Assembly (NCBI RefSeq): GCF_001194135.2
Contig: NC_068985.1
Span: 98,706,508-98,759,036, forward strand
Length of the DNA: 52,529 nt
Origin: Octopus bimaculoides
Taxonomy: Eukaryota
Reading direction: 5' to 3'
Below, piece after piece: positions 11,233 to 23,675 of the stretch. The translations under genes and the position numbers were made by a program. Position 1 is the first letter of the stretch; each line of letters opens with the position of its first letter. Below the pieces are notes generated by a model that worked only from the letters and a program-made list of their open reading frames with translations, made no database searches and was not told where the DNA came from.

Positions 11233-11862
11233 TGAGATAAGTTGTAAATAATAGCGAGTAAGTATTTGGTTTTAAAATCCTTTCGGTAGAAAAAGGCAGC
11301 CTTCCACTTCTTCTCTCCAAAGGGATTTTCATCTTAATATTTACACGTTATTATTTATAGGTTTATCTACTTTGAGTTCCACAGTTAAAATCAAATTGTC
11401 TGTTCATTCTGACACTAATAGTTTTATTTCTTTGGAGATAATCTAAGCTGCAGATTGCAATTGAGACGATTTTAAGATAATCCCTTCAAAACACTTGATT
11501 GATTTTGTTTTGTTTTTATAACTATTTTTACTCTTTTGGTAGAAGATGGATTGCATTTATTGGGAGAAGGCGCTGGCGGTATTTGCTGAAAAATTAGCTC
11601 ACTTTATCAGACAGTAAACTGCAAGCAGGATGCTCATACAAAGATCATAATGATTGTCATTGAGATTTCACTCAATGACTAGCTTTGATAGTCAATTAGT
11701 AGTATTCACTAACGGGTGACAACCTTACAAATCTGAAATGACCAATAGCTGTTGTGACAACCGGGATTTTTAAAACCTTTCTAGTCATTGTCAAAATGAA
11801 ATAACATTAACCTGCCTCGAGTCAAAAGATTACAAAATGGGTTACAAGGTCTGTCTCTCTGG

Positions 11863-12060
11863 CAGTGGTTTCCAACCTTTTCTGTGCCCCTTCCCAATGA
11901 AATCCTTGATTAATTTTCGTAGCTTCTATAAAAAATATCACATTTGAAAAATTCTAGTGTTTGCTTCTTATTTTTTATAACAAACCTCGCGGATCACCAT
12001 ATTTTCTCTTGTGTACCCCGAAGGGTACTCGATTTGTGGTGTAAGAAATCTTAGCTTTTG
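11863..12060. mobile_element. Possible decayed hAT-like MITE
   Basis: Left end cagtggtttccaacctttt is typical of hAT MITE termini; the right TIR is not clearly recognisable. Confidence 0.35.
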
Positions 12061-12659
12061 AAAGTTGGTAAAAATATATTTAAGTAGTTTTCATTAAGCA
12101 TAGTTCCTTGATAGATTCAATCATATTTGTTTGTCAGGTAAATTCGTTCGTTTTTTTTTTTTTGCTACTTCGCACTCCATCACAACATGTATCCAACTTT
12201 CAGAAATGGCGGGCAAAATTTGTAGAGGAAGAATAGTTAGGAAAATAAAAATATTTTTCGTCTCAATTCAAATAACATTGAAAGGACTTATATACACGAA
12301 ACAAAATTACTTGATGCAACAAACGTATTAATTCCATTTAGTTATTCTAAATTTTTTCTTGTATATATCCAAAAGTTATTTTTATTGCGAGCTAGTGTAG
12401 ACATGTTTAGTGACTTATGAAACGGATTAACGTTAATCATTTGCATGTCCGAAGCAATTTCGTAAGTTTGCCCAAGCTTGTTTTTTAACTCTCTTGTTTC
12501 AAACCTTCTGAATAATATAAAACTCTCCTTTCGTAAGTACGAATTTACTCTAAGGGGAAAAAGACTGGGAATGCTTACCATATGTAATGCAAGGATGACA
12601 GGAAAATATGTCCCGTGTATTACATGTGATACTCAGGACAGGCCAGGGATGAACATGAG

Positions 12660-12880
12660 CCAGAAAGAGAACTTCTCGGTAGTCGTTCCATCTGCTCGGA
12701 GTATCAACCAAATTCCCTCAAATCAACTTCTGTCTTAAAAAAAAAAACAAAAAAAAAACAAAAAAACAAACGATATTGTGAATAATTTAATCCTACATAT
12801 GTAAAACAGACAAGATGGTTATGGTTGGAACACTTTTGGTCATAGCTTGCTCAGTTTTTAATAACCTGGTGTTAAATAAC
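12660..12880 (+). mobile_element. Dispersed repeat family E, diverged
   Basis: Similar to 27370-27545 and 45950-46075 (..ccaaattccctcaaatc..ctgtcttaaaa..gatggttatgg..ttttggtcatag). Confidence 0.5.
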
Positions 12881-14104
12881 AGAACAGCAGTGTTTGCTGC
12901 AAATAACTCAGTATTGCTTTCATTTATGACAGCTTTACAGAAACACGTCTTGAATTCTAACACGATCAGTGATTGACATGTAATAATGAAGCATTCTCAT
13001 TCACCAAATTTATATACACTCGTTGATTTAAAAAAAAATTTTTTTAATTTTCTTAATCTAATTCACTAACTTTTCTTAGAATATCCTTATCACTTTCTAG
13101 AGCGAGTAATCTTTTTTTTTCTTTTGGCTCGAACAAAATATGTCAGAACAATAAAATTTAAGCAAGAAACTAGCCTTGTCTTTAATCCAATAAACTGAAA
13201 CTTTGATCTGATAACTTAATTTTATGTCGGATGGAGACATATGTAAAGTGAAATGCCCGTCTCGCGTAACATTTCTCCCAGAAGGCCATTTGATATCATT
13301 TAAAAATATTTGCTAAACTACTTTTAAGGATGAAAAAAAAAAAAAATGATTACTAAAATCCCGATGTCTTTTATTTCAAGAAATTTTCAAAGCTCTCGTG
13401 GGACATTCTAGAAGCTGTAGTGCAAATCTAGAACGAACTCCAACGTCTATCGCAAAAGTTCAGTTTCACAAAGCGTTCATCATTAGGTACAGTCAGTAAA
13501 AGGAGACATCAGGAAAGCATTTAGCTTAAGTATTTTATTGCAATGACTTTCATAATTGTAATTCTTATCAAAGACTGCACTAAATTACTTCGTTATTAAT
13601 CCTTTGGATTGGATAGTGTAACTTTTTAATGATACTGAACATTGTCAGTCAGTGCAGTTAATGTAAGTTGAATATTTTCAAAGGAGTTTGCTTTAAGATT
13701 CGTATATAATTCTATACGACTACCGCGTAGCTTAGGAGTTTACAGATATCTTTAAAAAATAGAAGCTTGTTTACTATGAGGTAAAAAAAAAAAAACTTGT
13801 TTGCAACTAAATGTAATATTCAATACATAATTATTGTTAAACCACGTTTAAGGATGAAAAATGGAACTGGGTGAATTTAGAATAAGTAAATTTGCACGAA
13901 CTACTCCAGAGTTATGTTCGAAATAGCAAAATATTTTGAAGAACATAAAACTGGTTGTATTCTGATTATAATTCTTCAGTGCATATTATGTAACATCTTA
14001 TCAATGTGAGTGGTTTGCTCTAGGAATTAAAATTTCGATAATAATTTATAACCCCACCCCCATATGCTAAAACTGTTATGTCAGTTTTCTATGACCAATA
14101 TTTA

Positions 14105-14440
14105 TTGCGTCATCCCATAAATAATGCAGTTTTCTTATACGCCTTTTATTTTTCAAAATTACCATAAAGTTATTTTTTTAATCTAAAATATACTCTCCTT
14201 CATTTTCTACAATGTTCTTCCATCTATCTGGTAGACCTGCAAGGCCCCTCTTCGAAAATTCACTTATCTGTGACGAAAAATACTCCAGTACTGTTCTGAC
14301 CTCGTCTCCAGAATTCATATTTTTACTGTCCAAATGATTTTGAAGATTGCAGAATAAATAAATGTCAATCAGATGGGCAATGTCCGGCCAATGGGGTAGG
14401 TGGGGCATCGTTTCATATTCAAACTGCTCCAGACTTTGGA
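14105..14440 (-). mobile_element. mariner-family transposon 3' end (transposase C-terminus plus TIR)
   Basis: Minus strand MPHLPHWPDIAHLIDIYLFCNLQNHL...SKRGLAGLPDRWKNIVENEGEYILD* corresponds to mariner PHPPYSPDLAPSDYHLF...LP.RW..V....GEY; TIR-like end ta|ttgcgtcatcccataaataatgc at 14103. Confidence 0.85.
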
Positions 14441-14568
14441 ATTTATCGACCACGAAAAGATAAAAGGCGAAGTCGACCTCAGCGAAATTTGAACGCGGAA
14501 CGTAGACAGACGAAATACCACTTAGTATTTCGCCCGGCGTGCTAACGTTTCTGCTTGCTCGCCGCCTT
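14441..14568 (-). mobile_element. SINE family B, 5' part, fused to the mariner fragment
   Basis: Reverse complement aaggcggcgagcaagcagaaacgttagcacgccgggcgaaatact...gttcaaatttcgctgaggtcgacttcgcc...gtcgataaat. Confidence 0.85.
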
Positions 14569-15542
14569 GTATTTGCTCCTAGTGTTGACATAGATAATGT
14601 TCATTCAGAAATCTAGCATTTTTCTTTTCCTTTATTTTTTCATTTTTATCAATTTTCTGATTCTTGAACTCTGGGAGATTTCTGTGATACTTCTCGAAAT
14701 AATAGATATGAATGAATCGGGGCAGGAGTCTTTTGGCACAACTATTTTGGCCCTTTCTATTTGGCCTCGCTGATTCGACCTTAATGTATTTGACACCAGA
14801 CGCCTTGTACCCGGTACCATTTGGCATCATGAAAATTTAATTTTATTTTAATTGACAAACTATCACATCTAACTTCATTTTAACTTTCTAGTCTTCAATT
14901 TATACATATGAAGGCTTGTAAAAATGTTTATGTTGATCAGTTTCAGTTAATAAATCTCTCCCTTTTCCTCTCTCTGTATGTGAATATTTTTGAATGTGTT
15001 TGCTTCCAGTGCTAAAAAGAGCTGTTACCGAAATAGGTTGAATGTCCAGTCAGCTGTGCCAGATCACCAGCGTCCAACACCTTCACTCACTTGTTTCATT
15101 CCACATGAAAGATCCCCAGAATTATTCTTATCAAAACCGTAACTTTGACTCGATAAACAAAATAATTCACTATATTTCAGATCTTCTTTCCGGTTTATAA
15201 TTTTCTATAAACGCTAATTTGTGCGCAATTGAGCCAACATAACTTTGTGTTTAATCTTACAAGCGTTTCAAGATAAAACATAAGGAAAGCAGCTGTAATC
15301 TAAGCGATATGCTTTAGGGAATTGCTGCTAATGGATGGTGCTGGCCTATNNNNNNNNNNNNNNNNNNNNNNNNNNNNNNNNNNNNNNNNNNNNNNNNNNN
15401 NNNNNNNNNNNNNNNNNNNNNNNNNNNNNNNNNNNNNNNNNNNNNNNNNNNNNNNNNNNNNNNNNNNNNNNNNNNNNNNNNNNNNNNNNNNNNNNNNNNN
15501 NNNNNNNNNNNNNNNNNNNNNNNNNNNNNNNNNNNNNNNNNN

Positions 15543-15841
15543 GGTTTCGATTCCGTTGTGAGTGTTTATTGAGCGAAAACACCTAAAGCTCCACGAGGCT
15601 CCGGCAGGGTATGGTGGCGAACCCTGCTGTACTCTTTCACCACAACTTTCTCTCACTCTTACCTCCTGTTTCTGCTGTGCCTGTAATTCAAATGGTCAGC
15701 CTTGTCACACTGTGTCACGCTGAATATCCCCGAGAACTACGTTAAGAGTACACGTGTCTGTGGAGTGCTCAGCCACTTGTACGTTAATTTCACGAGCAGG
15801 CTGTTCCGTTGATCGGATCAACTGGAAGCGACGGAGTGCCA
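15543..15841 (+). mobile_element. SINE family A (5' end lost in the gap)
   Basis: B-box ggtttcgattcc immediately after the gap; body near-identical to 35051-35373. Confidence 0.9.
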
Positions 15842-17589
15842 ATAGCAAACAGCATGTTCATTCATTTTAATGCGTGTAAGATAAACTACAAGTAAAACTC
15901 GTATAAAGAATCAACTGAGCTGTTATCAAACTGGTGACATTTCTTATATAATATAGAAAATAGTGATGCTTGTCAGAAGTGGTTTTTAGACTTTGATCTT
16001 CGTTGTAGTTCCTTTTGTTCATACCTTTGTGTCATGACATATTAAACTGGAATACACGGTCACTTATATTGACTTCATATAGTAAGATTCCTGTTAATTT
16101 ATTGTGAAATATTTACTTCCAATTGGATTTATATTCCGTAATTTCTATGATAGGTATTCTTTAAGTCAAACTATCCCCAACATCCGCTCCTATATTGTCC
16201 GGTAGAATATTGCCTGTACCTACCAAGAAGTATACGTGAGCATATCAAACGTCGGAGCATACATGAAGGGCTTGCGTCTGTGACCCAGGTAGATCTGTGT
16301 AGTCCGCAAAAATAGTTTGCCCGCGCGGCATCATATTCTGCATGACTCGTACGTTCGAAGGCCATCTCCTCGTGAATTGTCTGCATTTTCTCTTTCCCTA
16401 AATATTCATGTAAATGTCATGTCCCGAGGTTCTTTCTTGGTCTCTTTCTTTTCCTCCTTTTTGTCAAAAGTCGATGGAGATGGTGCTACTAGGAAGAGGG
16501 ACTGAAGATGAGTGTGTGAGTCCTCATCGAAAATTGTATTCTCTGGGATCGACTGTTGCTGTTGGATATTTAGCTCACCACTTCTCTCTTAAGTTCTCGT
16601 GGACTGAAAGCTAATAGCATTTACTGTCACATATGTAGCACCTAGGTCTTGCAGCACTGATCTTCGGTCTTTTTCTTCCGCATTTCCGATTAGGTGTCGC
16701 ACCGGTATGATTTTGTGGTATTGGGGGATCATTAAGAGAATTATATCTATTAGTAACTCGCCCAACCACATGTCGATCATAGCCATCTCAGCACTCGCTG
16801 CCTACCAGTACTTCTGGACACAAACACTTTAAATTGCTTTCAGTCTCAAATGTATAGCAGCTGACTTTTCTGCTCTCTCCTCGACACCTTTATCGCCCTT
16901 CTCTCTGCTTTTACAATGGGGTACAGCACTGGGATTGTTCTCGGGTCTTCGGAGGCCAGCATGGTGGTCTGTATGATTCTACAGACTCCATCGGACCACA
17001 TCTCGTCCCATGATGCAGTGGCGATTATCACCTACCTGTAGTGTGCCGCAAAAATGGCAAAGAACTAAAAGTCTCCGTCATCCCAATATTCTTTGCTAGC
17101 CTTCGTAGTATGTCGGCCCATGTACTGCGGCAACAGCCTATAGATTGGTGTGTGACTCACCAGTTCGGCCTGCTTCCACATCCTATCTTTAGTTTTGAAG
17201 ATTAGACACGAACTTTATATGCACTATTTCTATTGATTGAACAGACATCGTCGTATCACACCTCATCTTGGACTTTATTTAATTGTTCCTCTGGGAAGAT
17301 ATAGAAACCCCATTACAAGTCAATTGTAACTTTTCCTCTTTGGATAGATTCCTCAGGTAAAGAGACAATACCGCTTCCATTCCTTTATGGAATTCGACCC
17401 ACATCTGAAGTTTTCCTTGGATTTTACTGCTTGGAAAGGCACGATTATTACTAATCTTCTTTCCGACTATCAAAATTGTAACTCTGTTAGTGTATCTTTT
17501 ATTAAAAATTCCTGTCAAAATGACTTTTTTTATGTTAGAAGTTTCCTTGATTGGCTTTAGTATAGCGATTTGAGAAGTTGCTCTTAATT

Positions 17590-17755
17590 ATCATCATCGT
17601 TTTCACATCTGATTTTCCATGCATGCATGGGTCGGACAGAGTTTACCGAGGCAGATTTTCTGCGACTTGATGCCCTTCCTATCACCAAACTTCACCAGTT
17701 TCCAAGCGAGGTAATATTTCCCCATTGCCAGAAAAATGTTCGCAGAATATTGGGA
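17590..17755 (-). mobile_element. Short retroposon family F with (GAT)n tail
   Basis: (CAT)n followed by ..ttttccatgcatgcatgggtcggac..gatgcccttcct; matches 19803 and 26300 copies. Confidence 0.65.
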
Positions 17756-18049
17756 ATTATATATAATCTAATAAAATACATTCGCATTTCTTCGTTCGTA
17801 AAGTATGCTGGGTTCTTTTGATCAGGAATCTTTTTATAGAACTTGCAAATATTATTCATTGATACATTAAATAACAAACTCGAATGTTATTTTCTCTTAT
17901 TTATATATATCCACTATTTATATATGTTTTACTTTGTTCGGTTTACTTTTATAATTTCATAACTGGCTTTCACAAGAATTTATCTGCTGCATGAGAATAG
18001 CACGAAGCCAATAATGAATAGCTTGAAGCCTGACATATATACTGAACTC

Positions 18050-18900
18050 TCGCTACAATATAGAATAACTATAGTGCGGTGGATTCCATTAGTACACCAG
18101 TATTTTTGTGTACTCATTCCAAAGTCATATGGAACCCCACTCCAGTTAAGCTGCTCGCCTGTCGGTTCCATCATGCTCGTCTATTGGAGTTTGACCCCTT
18201 TCAAATTGAGGTGTTTCTCTGTCTCTCCGGTCAACATGTTGTCACCTCGGGTTTATCCGAGTTTTGATTTTCTACCTCAGACATCTGCAAATAATGCTCA
18301 CTTTTATGCAAATTGCATTTTTTTCCCTCCTCTCTAATATGCCGCGCACATACCATCTCGACAAGTCACGGGAAACCTGCACTGCCTCGTAACAATCGTC
18401 CACTGGTGACTCGATAGTCTCGCTTCTTTCAACGATAAAAAAAAAACACAGTCTAAGAAACGACATTGTACCTTGCCAGCTCTAACATTCTTTAACTTCA
18501 CCTCATTCACTAGAGGCTACTACAAATGCTAGACCTTGCTATCTCTTTATCGTTCTCTACTAAAAGACATAACAGCTAAAACTGCATCCAAAAATCTATC
18601 CGTTCTCTAAGTCCTGATTATCTGCTGCACCTCAACAAAACTCAAGACCACAGTGGAATATCATCTCCCAGTGGTGCTGCTGTGACCCATAGACAAGTTG
18701 TGAACACCATCCCAAAGAACGATATTCAAATGATTGAAAGACTGACTCACCAACACTTTACGACCTCAAGCCCATGTACACGCCGTTTCCTACCTTCCTG
18801 TTCTATGATTACCACATCAGCCCCCGATCTTCTAAGCTAACTAGATAGAATACCATCTCCATTAAGGGTCACCCTACACACCTGTCATTCATCCTCTTTA
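18050..18900 (+). mobile_element. Old CR1-group (Crack/Daphne/L2-like) LINE RT fragment, heavily decayed
   Basis: Scattered peptides HFYAN (for HSYADD), LASFNDKKKTQ, TAKTASKNLSVL (for LAKTAS.KLGVL) and DIQMIERL occur in the order expected for CR1-group RT and its C-terminus. Confidence 0.55.
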
Positions 18901-18969
18901 TTCCCTACACTCGGTCGCAATGCCCAATCTCGCAAAATCCTGAAAACCATTGAAATTTTATCACTCGGG

Positions 18970-19261
18970 ATGTTTGCCAACTTGTGTCTGAATATGTTAG
19001 ATGGAAATTATGGAAGCTCGTCGTAACTATGGAAGCCTGTCGTATGTATGTGTGCCTTTGTGTGTTTACCTTCTTTTGCCGCTCGACAATCGGTGTTAGT
19101 TTCTTTACATTCTGTAAATTAGCGGTTCGGCAAAAGAATCCGAGAGAATAAGTACCAGATTCTTTTTTTTTTAAATAAGTACTGGGAGTGATTTGTTCGC
19201 CTAAACTCTTCAAGGCGATGCTCCAGCATGACCACAATCAAATGACTGAAACAAGCAAAAG
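18970..19261 (+). mobile_element. SINE family C, 5'-truncated
   Basis: agcggttcggcaaaagaatccgagagaataagtaccag...caaggcgatgctccagcatgaccacaatcaaatgactgaaacaagc. Confidence 0.8.
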
Positions 19262-19802
19262 TAATAATACACCAACATGCAAATTCTGAAACTGAACATC
19301 AGCCTTATCAATCTCACGAAAACCAGACAACCAGCAAAATCTGTAGACACACTTCATATCTTAAATACAGTTTTTGCTGCATCGACTGAGTTTCCGATCA
19401 GCTATACGTTGGTAGAAAATAATTGCTACGTAGAAATAATAGTCACAAGCTCATTAGTGATTTCAGCATATTCATAAGACTTTTTCATTTAAGTTTAATT
19501 TCTTTCTTTGATTCAATAGGAAGGTTTCTTCATCGATATTGTTCCAAATTGATTCCTAGTGGACAGTTGTGATTGCGAAACAACGCTTCTGATCTGGTTT
19601 GGCACAAAATTTGGGTACTTGCTTTTAAAGTATTCGCAAATTCATCAAAATTACAAATATCTTCGAGTGAGTAATCGATGTTGAAACTTCTTCATAGACT
19701 TAGAAGAAGCTAGTAAAACAGACCCTTTGATTAAGTTGATAATATTAACAACTTGTAAATTGGTTAGTATTTTGCCAAAGTCTTTTGCGACTTTATACAC
19801 GC

Positions 19803-19963
19803 ATTCATCATCATCATCATCATCATCATCGTTTAACGTCCGCTTTCCATGCTAGCATGGGTTGGACGATTTGACTGAGGACTGGTGAAACCGGATGGCA
19901 ACACCAGGCTCCAGTCTGATTTGGCAGAGTTTCTACAGCTGGATGCCCTTCCTAACGCCAACC
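19803..19963 (-). mobile_element. Short retroposon family F with (GAT)n tail
   Basis: (CAT)n cgtttaacgtccgctttccatgctagcatgggttggacg...ctacagctggatgcccttcctaacgccaacc. Confidence 0.8.
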
Positions 19964-20034
19964 GATATGAATAATGAGGCCAATAATCATTTATAAAAGA
20001 AAAGAACATTTAACAGCCAGAGAAACAATTTATC

Positions 20035-20385
20035 TTTTGTTTTACTTGTTGCAGTCCTTGGAATGCGGCCATGCTGGTGCACTGCTATGAAGGATGAGCT
20101 CACAAATTGAACCCAGTATTTAATTTTAAATCTGGTACTTATTCTATCGGTCATTTTTGCCAAACCATTAAGTTACGGAAACGTAAAGAAAACAATAGCC
20201 GTTGTCAAGCGGTGGTAGGAAACATACACGCACGCGCGCATGTGCAGAGGCTTCTTTCAGTTTCCGTCTGCTTGATTTGCACTTAATGCTTCAATCTGCC
20301 TGGAGCTGCAGTTAAAGACACTTAACCAAAGTTTCGTGCAGTTTATATACCTGAACCTAATACATGTTTGGGAAGTAATCTCACC
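20035..20385 (-). mobile_element. SINE family C, diverged
   Basis: gcggccatgctgg...ctggtacttattctatcgg...ggcttctttcagtttccgtct. Confidence 0.75.
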
Positions 20386-21008
20386 TGAAATGAAAATAGA
20401 ATTCAGTTTTAAGTAACAAATTTAGAAGACTATTTCATTAAGCATTACTGTAGACTAGCAAATCTGTGAATTCTGCTTATTTCTTTGTTAATTTCAAAGT
20501 TTTACAACCTACAATATTATGCAGCTGTTTGCTACTCTAGCCTTGGACTAAGTGAGTGAATTTGGTAGATGGAAACTGGAAGAAGTCTGTTATATAGAAA
20601 CAGAGGTTTAAATATTAAATTGCTTATGGCAATTAGCAATTTGGAAAATTACAATCAGATTGGTGGATGGAAATATTAAAAAAAATTGTATTGGGTTGTT
20701 CGCGTTTTTCTACTTGGCACTCCATGGTCATAAGTCTGAAAAGAGATAAAAAAGTTATTTCAAATTTCAAAAACAATGAACCAAATTATAGAGGAAGAAT
20801 AGAGCTACATAAAGCAATACAATATTTTTCGTGTTAATTCAAATAACACTTGAAAGAATGGAAAATAAATGGGGTGGAGAAAATAACGAATTTATCTAAA
20901 AGATCAATATCTAAAGACTGTTGCTTTCTATACGGAGCAATATCCTGGAAAAACAGTGCAGAGAAAGATTACTTTCGAACCCGAGCCAGAGGAAATTTCT
21001 ATAAACTC

Positions 21009-21386
21009 TTGACCTTCTAGTTATATCCAAATATCCTTCAAATTATTTCGTACCATCTGAAATAGGTTAAGAATACATGAGATGTCCGTCACTTGAATAT
21101 CTTTCGACCAAATGTCTACTTGATTACTTTTGCATGTCCTGTGCATCATATGGTCCGCAGCACCCTAGTGTCAATGCATCCTATATAATATAAATTCTCA
21201 GTATTTTTTCCAACTACTAGAGTAACTTGGGGTTCATCAAAGGAAAGCTTTATATCGATCAGATCTTATGATAAAAGTACTAACTAAAACTCTGTCCGAA
21301 ACGAGGGCTAACTAAAAGTTTGTTCTGAACAAACGTAGATGTTTAGGACAAACTTATGGAAACGCTTTGGACAGGCAAAGGGTTAA
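21009..21386. mobile_element. Longer relative of the piggyBac-like MITE at 8794
   Basis: Right end ctttggacaggcaaagggttaa (21365-21386) and internal gtccgaaacgagggctaac match the 8794 element; left TIR degenerate. Confidence 0.55.
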
Positions 21387-22419
21387 GATTGATCTGAAGC
21401 CATACATTGTTTCTAAGCTAAGAACTGCATTCCTAAACGACAATGTCTTGCGTCAGATCCCACTGTGCGGCACCTTCTACTTTAGCCACGAGTTGACCAA
21501 ATCCTTATGAGTAGAATTCGGTAAACGGAATCACTGGAAAACTATTGGCGGAACTGTTTTGTTTTGTGATTGTAGACTTCCCCGTCCCGTTTAGTACCAT
21601 TTCCAGGTGCATCGGTATCTTTTGCAGAGCCGATTCTGCTGCAAGCGTTTTGTCCAAATTTCCAGATAGAGACGTTACTCTTCCTCCTTCGACCTTACTA
21701 ATAAAAAAGAAAATATAATAGAGCAGATGATCAGAAATCAAACCTATCAAAATGGCTGCATTGATGCAAATGTTCTAATTAAAAGAAATCTTCAAGGATG
21801 AGAATGATAGTCAAAAAAATATCTTGTTAACCCAAACATTTAAATATTTAATCCATGTGTTTGTTTATTGTATTTCTTTTATGTTTGAACGCAGAGAAGC
21901 TTACGTTTTCACATTCCTTTGTAATCAATTTTTTTTCACAAATGCCTAGTGACCTTGATGTAGGACACCTATATTTATAAACACATTACTCAAACACGTT
22001 TTGTCTGTTGAATGTAAAAGTTAGAGCGATAAAACTGTAATGCTTTTGATTGTAATAAACAATAAGCATTCATAAACGAACCGATAGTAAAAAGAAAAAT
22101 TACCTGTGCTAGCATATTTTTTATGCAACAATTTTGGTAAATTTCCTATAGCATACATATGGATGGTTTGAGTTTCTTTTTATATATCATTGAATCTTCA
22201 TTCTATAAAGATATAGGTTAAGCCCTGTCGGTTGGTCACTGCGATTCTGTTTCGATCTTGAATTAACGCAAGTTCGCTAACACGGCTATTCTTGAAGTAA
22301 ATGATGAACCTTCAATGTAGACGCTTAACCTGCTAGATCTTGCTACAGCATCTCCGCAGTCCATCCAACATAAGGTTGGCATGGCATAGGCTCGGGAACA
22401 GGGGGTACAAGCGCACCCT

Positions 22420-22454
<35 letters not shown>

Positions 22455-22879
22455 CGGAATGGGGGCAATGAAAACGCTTTGAACATCCTCCTGAAAAACT
22501 TCATAGCCAAAAACGAACGAGCGTAGAAACATTTCTAGTCTGATTTGAAACCTTACTTTTCTATTATTAGACTGGTCTGATTTAAATGGTGTACAAGTAT
22601 AATATTTATGATTATATTTGTGTTTATTTTGGAATTAAGATTGAAAAATCGACCATGTTTGTAGAAAAAAATCGGGGCCTGGGTTTGCATCTCCTCAGCA
22701 CTTATGAAGGTTGGTTACGTCTAGAACACCTATGCTCAAAGGGCTGATCAATAAGAGTGATCTACATTTATACATAGATTCCAATAAAAAAAATCATAAT
22801 TATCGACGGAGATAATTATAGCCGTTCAATTTAAATTGAGGAAGCCGTTAACTGTATTTTCATGAATCAAATAAGTTAC

Positions 22880-23010
22880 TGTTTAACCCATGGTCAGTCT
22901 TATTTGTGTAGACCGACCTATGAAGAATTACGTTATCTAAGGTGGGAGTGGTATTTGAAGGAGATTTGGTATTTATTTCTAGCAGATCAGACAAGCAAAT
23001 AGACTCCCTC
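22880..23010 (-). mobile_element. Dispersed repeat family E
   Basis: gaaggagatttggtatttatttctagcag...actccctc is the reverse complement of the family E head seen at 27370. Confidence 0.5.
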
Positions 23011-23055
23011 ATTGACACAAGTCAATAATTTCATTTGTTCGGTTAGATCTTGCAC

Positions 23056-23240
23056 TTTTTACTTGCTTCAATCATTGGACTGCAGCCATGTTGGGACACT
23101 GCCTTGAACAGTTTTTTTATTGAACAAAACAACACCAGTACTTAAGTCTAGTACTTATTCTATAAACCTCTTTTGCTGAACCGCTAAGGTACGGAGATGT
23201 AAACAAACTAACACTGGATGTGAAGCGATGTAGGAGGTGG
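23056..23240 (-). mobile_element. SINE family C, 3' half
   Basis: tttttacttgcttcaatcattggactgcagccatg...ctagtacttattctat...gaaccgctaag. Confidence 0.75.
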
Positions 23241-23359
23241 GCACACGCACGCACGCACACACGCACGCGCACGCGCGCGCGCACAGCATTTCTCCCATCT
23301 GATGAGAATTTCAGAATTTTCTACGGACTTCAGTCCTTCGAAATTTAAAGCTAATGGTG

Positions 23360-23675
23360 AGACGCTTGCTTCCCAGTCACATGGTTTCTGATTTTGTCTT
23401 CTACTAGAACTGCAGGCTGACCAATGCCTTGTGAGAGACTGAAGCTGATAGAAGCTTGTCGCGTGTGTGTGTGTGTACATACATACACACAGAGCTTAAT
23501 AATCGGTGTTGGGTTTTATCATGTCTCTGTAAACCAGCGGTTCGGCACGAGAAACCGATAGAATAACTGCCAGGTTTTTTTTAAAAAATAAGGTCTTGGG
23601 CAGATTCTGTTCGACTTAAATCTTTCCAGGCAGTGCTCCAGCATGGCCGAAGTCGGATGACTGAAACAAAAGAAG
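23360..23675 (+). mobile_element. SINE family C, diverged
   Basis: gaccaatgccttgtgag...cagcggttcggcacgagaaaccgatagaataac...gtgctccagcatggccg...gactgaaac. Confidence 0.75.

Noticed and set aside
19520-19572. Acceptor followed by RFLHRYCSKLIPSGQL, superficially like the GST exon 2 motif MPFGQLP
   Set aside because: In-frame TGA directly after GQL and no LExDG or QSxAI motif
21505-21750. Minus-strand ORF with a polypyrimidine acceptor at ~21698; weak resemblance in another frame to R4/Dong-type RT C-terminus
   Set aside because: No convincing protein motif; could be neither assigned nor linked to other exons
22282-22320. AILEVNDEPSM, resembling the GST motif PVLEVDG
   Set aside because: No acceptor in the right phase, flanked by stops, and the GQxP and QSxAI motifs are absent
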